From an uncultured Alphaproteobacteria bacterium (lineage in GTDB: Bacteria; Pseudomonadota; Alphaproteobacteria; HIMB59; GCA-002718135), in the NCBI GenBank assembly GCA_902602695.1, contig CACKRO010000007.1, positions 6,127-70,126 of the forward strand: 64,000 nucleotides of DNA, read 5' to 3'. A program made the translations under genes and the position numbers. Numbering within the stretch: position 1 is the stretch's first letter; every line of letters begins with the position of its first letter. Of this stretch, positions 20,056-26,954 are shown in pieces. Under the pieces are notes generated by a model that searched no databases, was not told the origin of the DNA, and was given only the letters and a program-made list of their open reading frames with translations.

Positions 20056-20953
20056 AAGAGTATCTTTAAGATATGGTGAAAATCCAAATCAAAAAGCCTA
20101 TGTTATAAGTAATAATAGACCAATTTTTGATTTTCAAATTAGTGGAAAAAAAATAAGCTATAATAATATTATAGACTTAGATAGTGGAATAAAATGTTTA
20201 AGTGAATTTGTAGAACCCACCTCTATTATAATTAAGCATACAAACCCATGCGGGGTAGCTTCAGCAAAAGATATTAAAAAAGCTTTCATAAAATCTTATG
20301 AAAGTGACAAAAAAAGTGCCTTTGGTGGGATAATTTTTTTAAATAGAAGAGTAAATTCTGATCTTGCACTAATAGTTTCTAAAAATTTTTTCGAAATGGT
20401 TGTTGCGCCAGATTTTGAAGATGATGCAGTTAAAATATTAAAATTAAAAAAAAATTTAATTTTATTAAAAAAACCAAATTATAAAAATAAGCCTGCTGAA
20501 TATAGGTCTACATTATTTGGAGATCTTTATCAAACAAGAGATATGAGACCAATAAATCAAAAATTTATTAAACTAGTAACAAATAAAAAAGCAGTTTCAA
20601 AATCCATACAAGACTTAATTTTCTCATTAAAAGTAGTAAAACACCTTAAATCAAATGCTGTTGTTTTATCAAAAAATAAACAAACTATTGGTTTGGGTCA
20701 TGGTCAAACAAATAGAGTTGATGCATTAAATTTTGCTATTAAAAATAAAAAAAATTATTTTAAAAAATCTGATTTTGTGTGTGCATCAGATGGTTTTTTT
20801 CCATTTACTGACAGTATTAATATTCTAAATAGAAATGGTTGTAGAATTTTAGCACAGCCTAGTGGATCAATAAATGATGAGAAAATAATATCATTTGCAA
20901 ATAAACATAAAATTTCTTTATATTTTACTAAACACAGACTGTTTAAACATTGA
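20039..20953 (+). CDS. purH: PurH C-terminal part: AICAR formyltransferase domain, in the +1 frame relative to 19450..20055
   Basis: 304 aa. LRYGENPNQ, IIKHTNPCGVA, SAFGGIIFLNR, GLGHGQTNRVDA and ASDGFFPF motifs. It overlaps the N-terminal ORF by 17 nt. Confidence 0.85.
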   Translation: MNLKNRRVSLRYGENPNQKAYVISNNRPIFDFQISGKKISYNNIIDLDSGIKCLSEFVEPTSIIIKHTNPCGVASAKDIKKAFIKSYESDKKSAFGGIIFLNRRVNSDLALIVSKNFFEMVVAPDFEDDAVKILKLKKNLILLKKPNYKNKPAEYRSTLFGDLYQTRDMRPINQKFIKLVTNKKAVSKSIQDLIFSLKVVKHLKSNAVVLSKNKQTIGLGHGQTNRVDALNFAIKNKKNYFKKSDFVCASDGFFPFTDSINILNRNGCRILAQPSGSINDEKIISFANKHKISLYFTKHRLFKH

Positions 20954-21175
20954 GTAAAAAAAATAATATACCACTGTATATAAAAGAACTAATACAGAAA
21001 AATCCTAAAATCGTTTCAGGAAGAAAAAACTTTTCTGATCATCATAAAAGAATTCTTGATACAATAAAAATTATTAAAAATTATTTTAAAATCAAAAATT
21101 AAGATAATTTTAGTTACATTATTTATATTTTTTTGAAATGTTTACTGTGTGTAATATTTGGTATAGGTAGAGTAT

Positions 21176-21775
21176 ATGAATAAACCTAATCTTTTTTTTC
21201 CAACACCTGTTTGGACAACAAATTTAGATAATTATAAGACAATCAATGAGCAAATGTATAATTATATTAAATCAAATAAAAAAAATGATGAAAAAGGTAT
21301 TAGTAAAAGTAATGTTAAAGGCTGGCATTCAAATGATTTTAATCTAAATGATAAAGATCCACAAAACTTTATAGCTTTTATTTTGCCAGCAATTGAAAAT
21401 GTTATGAATGATATGAATTGGGATAAGGGAAAACAAACGGCTAAAATTAGTAATATGTGGGCAATTATAAATACAGGTGGTTCTGCAAATTTAAGACATC
21501 AACATGGAAATAGCACAATCAGCGGTGCTTACTATGTAAGAGCTCCTCAAGATTGTGGTGATATAGTATTTTATGATCCAAGACCCGCTCCAATATACTC
21601 ATACCCTAATGTTAAGTCAGTAAATTTTTTAAATGCCCAAGTAAATGGAATTAGTCCGGTAGAAGGTGCTTTGATTCTATTCCCGAGTTTCTTAGATCAT
21701 TCAGTTAATGAAAATAAGTCAAATGAAGAAAGAATAGTTATTAGTTTCAATATTAGTCTCAGTATAAAATCTTAA
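21176..21775 (+). CDS. 2OG-Fe(II) oxygenase superfamily protein (TIGR02466-like, function unknown)
   Basis: 199 aa. NLFFPTPVWTTNL start, HQHGNSTISGAYY, GDIVFYDPRP, LFPSFLDHSV and ISFNI give a jelly-roll HxD/H...H-type pattern. Confidence 0.65.
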   Translation: MNKPNLFFPTPVWTTNLDNYKTINEQMYNYIKSNKKNDEKGISKSNVKGWHSNDFNLNDKDPQNFIAFILPAIENVMNDMNWDKGKQTAKISNMWAIINTGGSANLRHQHGNSTISGAYYVRAPQDCGDIVFYDPRPAPIYSYPNVKSVNFLNAQVNGISPVEGALILFPSFLDHSVNENKSNEERIVISFNISLSIKS

Positions 21776-21808
21776 TATAGAAAAAATTAAACTAAAAATT
21801 TGTAATAA

Positions 21809-22543
21809 TTATTTTTTTATACGTTGAAGAAAGTCTAATATGTCTATTTTATTATCCTGCAATTTATTTATAATTTGTTTACCAATAATACCAACGAAAT
21901 GAAAAAAGTTTGGTTTAGATATTTTTTTTGAATTTTGAAGAAATGGCATATAGTTCCATTCGCTTCCTAACTCTTGAAAAATATTTTTATTTTCAATGAT
22001 AAATTCATTTAAAAGCATGTTGTCAGAATTTTTTCCCTTTGATCTAATTTTATTATTTAGTCTATTTATCATATAGTTAGAAAGTATATTTGCAGTATTT
22101 TTGTCACAAAAAGTAACTCCTGAATTAAAATATTTATAATCTCTACTTAGGTTATTGACCTCTCTAAAAATTTTAGAACTATTACCCTCAGGTTCTCGAA
22201 CATTCATTAAACCATTAATTTCAGGAAATTCTTGTGCATCTGGATAAACATATACATCGTTATCTAAATAGATTGTAAAATCATAATTGTTAATAAAATG
22301 AAAATATCTTTCAAATGAATAATGTTTATTTTTAGTCTCTAAAAAATCAAACTTTGAATATTTTTTTTCATATGTACTTTCTGTTATTAATAAATGATCG
22401 TAATTAAATTTTTTGCAATAATGTTTAACTGAAGGTATGAATATTTCTCTTATAGGATTAATCGTCCGATTGTCTCCCCACTGTGTTCCCACATCTATAT
22501 CAACTTGAATAACTACATGTTTAGATTTCATGTTTATTTTCAA
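21809..22543 (-). CDS. GT8-like glycosyltransferase
   Basis: 244 aa. Motifs appear in GT8 order: YLDNDVYV (DxD), YFNSGV, SDNMLLNEF, WNY, HFVG. It overlaps the sulfotransferase 3' end by 23 nt. Confidence 0.6.
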   Translation of the reverse strand: MKINMKSKHVVIQVDIDVGTQWGDNRTINPIREIFIPSVKHYCKKFNYDHLLITESTYEKKYSKFDFLETKNKHYSFERYFHFINNYDFTIYLDNDVYVYPDAQEFPEINGLMNVREPEGNSSKIFREVNNLSRDYKYFNSGVTFCDKNTANILSNYMINRLNNKIRSKGKNSDNMLLNEFIIENKNIFQELGSEWNYMPFLQNSKKISKPNFFHFVGIIGKQIINKLQDNKIDILDFLQRIKK

Positions 22544-23369
22544 ATAATTGTTTAATCTCTTGTTCTTTATATAATCTATCCTCTGTTTTGTAATATGGTG
22601 AAACTATACATATGTTTTTATTATATTCATCATCCTTGTTAATTTTAAATTCATTTTCAAATTCTAAAATTTTCGAATATATTATAAAATCATAATAATA
22701 ATATTTTTTAATATAACTTATATCTTCATCTCTAGGTGAATAAGAAAAATTATATTCGTGTTGTTGAAATCTAGAATATAATATTGAAGGCAACCCAAAT
22801 TTACTAAGTATTTCAGATAAAAATATATTCCAGTTTTCTAAAGTATGGATTAAATCAAAAGAACTGATGTTATTTATAGCGTCTTGAGAATCATTATCTG
22901 TAATTATTTTTTTTTCATTTAACAAACCAGCAAAGTGTCTAGTTATTAAGTTATCTCTGTTATTTTTAACTTCATCATTAATAAACATTTCAAAGGTATA
23001 TTTTTCTGGTATTGAACTTAATTTAAAAACCATAAATTTATAATGTGAAATTACCCTGCCGATAGGATCTCTAACTATTGAACACTTATATATGTTGTTA
23101 AAATTATTACAGAAATCATAATCCATGTGTCCAGAAATAAAATAATTTTTTGAAAAATTTATTTCACTCTTAAGTAATTTATATTTTTCATTTTTTTCGT
23201 TGTATTTGAACCTTTTAAAATGATAGTTTTTCAAGATTGAAAAGATTTTTAAGAAAATATGATCAATTGTGGTTCCCCCACTTTTTGGTATATGCATAAA
23301 ATAAATAGACTTATCAAAAACATTTTTTGAATTGACTTTGCTTGGTACAAATTGGAAGTCTATTTTCAT
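22521..23369 (-). CDS. PAPS-dependent sulfotransferase (PKSGGT-type, Sulfotransfer_2-like)
   Basis: 282 aa. 5'-PSB-like FMHIPKSGGTTI and 3'-PB-like IVRDPIGRVISHY. Confidence 0.75.
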   Translation of the reverse strand: MKIDFQFVPSKVNSKNVFDKSIYFMHIPKSGGTTIDHIFLKIFSILKNYHFKRFKYNEKNEKYKLLKSEINFSKNYFISGHMDYDFCNNFNNIYKCSIVRDPIGRVISHYKFMVFKLSSIPEKYTFEMFINDEVKNNRDNLITRHFAGLLNEKKIITDNDSQDAINNISSFDLIHTLENWNIFLSEILSKFGLPSILYSRFQQHEYNFSYSPRDEDISYIKKYYYYDFIIYSKILEFENEFKINKDDEYNKNICIVSPYYKTEDRLYKEQEIKQLFENKHEI

Positions 23370-23379
23370 TTATATAAAT

Positions 23380-23472
23380 TTATAAAACAAAAAAACCTTG
23401 ATTACCAGATACCTTAGAATTGTAAGCTGTCGAATTATCGGGGTAATCGCCATGATCTAACTTTGTTTCCAT
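23380..23472 (-). CDS. Unlisted 30-codon ORF (METKLDHGDYPDNSTAYNSKVSGNQGFFVL) immediately upstream of the sulfotransferase; coding status unproven
   Basis: Hand translation. ATG lies at 23472-23470 and an AAGGTAGG SD-like element at 23488-23481 (8-nt spacer). An in-frame TAG lies 12 nt upstream of the ATG. The TAA lies 10 nt before the sulfotransferase ATG. The region is GC-enriched relative to its flanks. Confidence 0.3.
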   Translation of the reverse strand: METKLDHGDYPDNSTAYNSKVSGNQGFFVL

Positions 23473-23707
23473 AGACCTAGCCTACCTTTTGGCTTCAGTT
23501 CTCGTAAGGAAAAATTGGTTATTGTCTTTATACCCAATTGCCTTATGCGAACTTGGTAACTAGTTTTATTTAAGTATTTACACTTTTGAATAGTAGCCAT
23601 AACATGCAATAGGCTACTTAAAAATACTTTTTCTATATAATATTAAATATTACACTTTTTTATAATCGTTTGATTTGATAGATTTTAATAACTATGAAGG
23701 GGGTAAA

Positions 23708-23968
23708 ATGTTACAAATAATTAGTCATGAAGTAAAAAATGTTGACGAATGGTTATCTTTTAATGATGAAAGAGTAAAAACTTTCTCAAAGTTTGCTGAT
23801 AATATTGTTGATTTTATAGATACCGAAAATTCGAATCACGTCTCAATATGCTTTAATGTTTTAGATGAAGAAGAAATGGACAAAGTGCTAAGTTCAGATG
23901 AAGTGAAAAATGAGGCTGAGAAGCATGGTGTTGTTTTTGATACTATGAAAAGATTTATTCAAAAATAA
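23708..23968 (+). CDS. Small acidic hypothetical protein (86 aa)
   Basis: ATG at 23708 is preceded by GAAGGGGG (23696-23703). The track ORF starts further upstream at a TTG. I recognise no family motif with confidence. Confidence 0.5.
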   Translation: MLQIISHEVKNVDEWLSFNDERVKTFSKFADNIVDFIDTENSNHVSICFNVLDEEEMDKVLSSDEVKNEAEKHGVVFDTMKRFIQK

Positions 23969-24052
23969 ATATAAAAAATTAACCTATCGGCTACGCAAGG
24001 GCTGCTTAACAATTTCTTCGTCACTTCATGATTCAATGTTCAGGGGAAAACA

Positions 24053-24127
24053 TGGAGCGGGCGAAGGGATTCGAACCCTCGACTTCAACCTTGGCAAGGT
24101 TGCGCTCTACCCCTGAGCTACGCCCGC
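24053..24127 (-). tRNA. tRNA-Gly (anticodon GCC), CCA encoded
   Basis: The reverse complement folds as a cloverleaf: acceptor GCGGGCG/CGCCCGC, D arm GCTC-AGGGGTA-GAGC, anticodon arm CAACC-TTGCCAA-GGTTG, T arm GAGGG-TTCGAAT-CCCTT, then T-CCA. 75 nt. Confidence 0.95.
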
Positions 24128-24137
24128 ATAATTTACA

Positions 24138-24165
24138 CAATTATCACTTTGAATTTATAAGTCAA
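24138..24165 (-). promoter_or_regulatory. Possible sigma70-type promoter for tRNA-Gly
   Basis: On the minus strand, TTGACT (24165-24160), a 16-nt spacer, then TAATTG (24143-24138), about 10 nt before the tRNA 5' end. The -10 element is weak. Confidence 0.3.
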
Positions 24166-24181
24166 TATTTGAGAAAACAAT

Positions 24182-25000
24182 TTATTTAAATCTTCTTCTG
24201 TAGACAATATCAACAAGTAACATATGAGGAAGCGTTAAAGCAGCTAGTCCAATGAAAATTACTTTTAATATAGACTCATATAATGATAAATTTTGAACTA
24301 AATAGTAAACAACCCCTAAACCTCCAATCCAAGAAATTACCGTAAAAATTATTGTGGAGTAAATAACAAAGTATTTATTTTTTAAATTTAAATAAATATT
24401 TTTAATCAGATGTTTTAAATGTTTGTAAGTGTGAAAAAAACAGAAATATATTGTAAAGCTTAGTAATGGATCAAAAAAATAAAAAATTAACAAAAGAAAA
24501 AGAATCTCAATAATTCCTTTTCGTAATTTCTTTTCGAAGAAGGAGAGGTAAATAAAATATATTATAGATAATAGTGTTAAAAAATATGGGATAAAAAAAT
24601 ATTTTTGAATTGAGTAAATATTATTATTTGTCAGATATTCAAATATCAAAAAAGATTTATCTTCATTAAAAAATATTATTCCAAAAATAATAGTCATTCC
24701 ATAGGTAAAACTTATAGAATACTTATGTTTATTTATTTTAAAATTTGTCCAATCACATAATCCAAAATGAGCAATAGTCATTATAATAAAAATCGTTAGA
24801 GCAATAATAGGAAAATATAACCAAAATAAAATGACAAGAAAAAATAAAATTAGGTAGTAAAATATAAATTTTAAAAATTGAATTCTGTTACTAAAACCTA
24901 CTAAAGAAGCAACTGCGCCATCAAATGAACCATGTGGAAGACCAATAAAAAAAATTAATAAAAAAGAAATAATATTTAAAATTGTAAGGTCAGCTAACAT
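24182..25000 (-). CDS. blh: Brp/Blh family beta-carotene 15,15'-dioxygenase (retinal synthesis)
   Basis: 272-aa polytopic membrane protein with GLPHGSFDG near the N-terminus and conserved His positions (AHFG, FHTYKH, PHM). It is the last gene of the crtIBY cluster. Confidence 0.8.
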   Translation of the reverse strand: MLADLTILNIISFLLIFFIGLPHGSFDGAVASLVGFSNRIQFLKFIFYYLILFFLVILFWLYFPIIALTIFIIMTIAHFGLCDWTNFKINKHKYSISFTYGMTIIFGIIFFNEDKSFLIFEYLTNNNIYSIQKYFFIPYFLTLLSIIYFIYLSFFEKKLRKGIIEILFLLLIFYFFDPLLSFTIYFCFFHTYKHLKHLIKNIYLNLKNKYFVIYSTIIFTVISWIGGLGVVYYLVQNLSLYESILKVIFIGLAALTLPHMLLVDIVYRRRFK

Positions 25001-25001
25001 A

Positions 25002-26084
25002 TTATTTAAATAACGCTTTTATAAAAGGAACCTTGGGCATACTATTTATAATCTTTAACTTAGTTAGTAAGTTTGATTCACCCATCATAAAACTTTGGAA
25101 TTCATTTCCATTTAGATTAGATGCGAGCTTTATAAATGACCCTCCATCTTCTCTGTTATTTTTTAAAAAATTGATAAAAACTTTATCCATTTTTTTTTCT
25201 AAAAAATTATGAACATTTACATAGTTGTTCTTTGAATTTTTTAACAATTGAATTTGTTTTATAAGAAATGAAAAGGCGTATCCAGTAGAGGGCTTGCACG
25301 CACCTCCTCTAATACCAATATTGAAGATATTAGGGTTAACTGATCTTTTCTCCCCTGCAAAAAACATTGGTATTACCCCTTTTTCTGAGCTCTGTTCTTT
25401 AAAAATATTAATATTATTTTTCTTTAAGTAATCATTTATTTTTTCTCTATACCAGGAGCTGTAAAAAACATCTTTTGAAAAGACTGTCGATTCAACAAGC
25501 GCTTTATTGTGGCTGAATGGTAGGGTGTATATAAAATGTAAAACATTATTTTCTTCGGTAAAGTGCATCAAGGTTAATTTATCTTCATTAAAAGTATTGT
25601 CTGCCACAGTAATATTAATTCCAAAAAAATGTTGTAATAATTCCCCTTTTTTTTCTTTTACTGATCTTGAATCGTATATATTTTCAGCATAATATATTTT
25701 GTCATCAGCGGTGATTATTTTAAAATAATTTTGTTCTGGAAAATACTGGACAACTTGTTTGTTTATGATTTCTAATTTATTTTTTGTTTCTAAGCAAAAT
25801 TTTTTCCAAGTTTTAAAACTAATGACACAATAAGGTTTATCTAAACTTGTATGTGTTACGTCGGTATTTTTGTTACCAATAGTCCATTTGTACCATTTTT
25901 TTTCAATAATTTTTTCAAATGGCTTCATCCAATCTGTTAACCAAAAACCAAAAATATTATCTCTTTTGTTTATATCTTCACTTTCAAATGCAATAATTTC
26001 GTTATGACTATCTTCATAAAGAATTTTATTTACAGCTAAACCACTAGGTCCTAAGCCAATTATTGCAGCTTTATAAATTTTCAT
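25002..26084 (-). CDS. crtY: Lycopene beta-cyclase
   Basis: 360 aa. N-terminal FAD-binding-like IIGLGPSGLA. It lies between crtB and blh and overlaps crtB by 14 nt. Confidence 0.8.
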   Translation of the reverse strand: MKIYKAAIIGLGPSGLAVNKILYEDSHNEIIAFESEDINKRDNIFGFWLTDWMKPFEKIIEKKWYKWTIGNKNTDVTHTSLDKPYCVISFKTWKKFCLETKNKLEIINKQVVQYFPEQNYFKIITADDKIYYAENIYDSRSVKEKKGELLQHFFGINITVADNTFNEDKLTLMHFTEENNVLHFIYTLPFSHNKALVESTVFSKDVFYSSWYREKINDYLKKNNINIFKEQSSEKGVIPMFFAGEKRSVNPNIFNIGIRGGACKPSTGYAFSFLIKQIQLLKNSKNNYVNVHNFLEKKMDKVFINFLKNNREDGGSFIKLASNLNGNEFQSFMMGESNLLTKLKIINSMPKVPFIKALFK

Positions 26085-26952
26085 TTGGGAGATTATCTCT
26101 AATTTTTTGATACTGATATTTTGTAAAAGGGAAAAAAATAAAAAGTAAAATTGATTTAACTGTAATTAAAGATTTGTCTAATAAGTTTAAATATACTCTT
26201 TCTCTTAAATATTTTTTTTTATTGGATTTTATCTTAGTACCAATACCTCTATAAATATTAGCAGCAATGAATATGCCTAATCTGGTAGATAGGGGGATAT
26301 ATTTTAAACCAGCAAAACCATTTTCATAAAACTTATCTGAAAGGTCTATTACTTCATGAATTGCATTTGATATTCTTTCATCTTTTTTTAAACTTTTGTT
26401 ATGAAAATCAGTTAAATTTTTTAATGATACATCGGGTATCCAATTGGCAGGTAAATATATTCTTTTCATTTTAGAATCTTCATAGACATCTCTTGCAATA
26501 TTTGTTAGCTGCATTCCAATACCTAAATCAATTGCTGATCGTGCTGCCTTATCATGTTTTACACCTATAATTTTAGACATCATTAATCCAACAGTACCCG
26601 CAACATGATAAGAGTATTTTATAAGTTCTTCTTTGTTTTGAATTCTTATTTTTTTCTGATCTAAGATTAATCCTTCAATTAAATCTATAAAAATTAAATT
26701 GTTAATTTCATTTTTTTGCAAAAAAATATTTACTTTATTATTTTTATTAGTCCTTATTTCTTCAATTGTGTTTTTAAGATAGATAGTTTGATCTTCACTA
26801 TATTTATCAGCAACATCATCAAAATATCTACAAATTGAATAAAGAGTGCCAGCATTTTTTTTGTAACTTTTTGGTAAAAAAAAACTTGCCCAATAGAAAC
26901 TTTTGCCTTCCTTTTTAAGGTCAGCAGATGAATTAAGCTTTAAATCAATCAT
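26071..26952 (-). CDS. crtB: Phytoene synthase
   Basis: 293 aa. SFYWASFFLP, YCRYFDDVAD (first Asp-rich motif) and NIARDVYED (second) match the squalene/phytoene synthase family. Confidence 0.9.
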   Translation of the reverse strand: MIDLKLNSSADLKKEGKSFYWASFFLPKSYKKNAGTLYSICRYFDDVADKYSEDQTIYLKNTIEEIRTNKNNKVNIFLQKNEINNLIFIDLIEGLILDQKKIRIQNKEELIKYSYHVAGTVGLMMSKIIGVKHDKAARSAIDLGIGMQLTNIARDVYEDSKMKRIYLPANWIPDVSLKNLTDFHNKSLKKDERISNAIHEVIDLSDKFYENGFAGLKYIPLSTRLGIFIAANIYRGIGTKIKSNKKKYLRERVYLNLLDKSLITVKSILLFIFFPFTKYQYQKIRDNLPNENL

Positions 26953-26954
26953 TA

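Noticed and set aside
23390-23620. I tested whether the GC-rich block is a known housekeeping RNA (two-piece tmRNA, RNase P RNA, SRP/4.5S RNA, 6S RNA) or a second tRNA.
   Set aside because: I found no GGAAAGTCC-type RNase P core, no SRP domain IV GGAAGCAGCC-like motif, no GGTTCGAATCC-like T arm with a CCA end and no long end-to-end 6S-like helix on either strand. It is left as an unclassified element.
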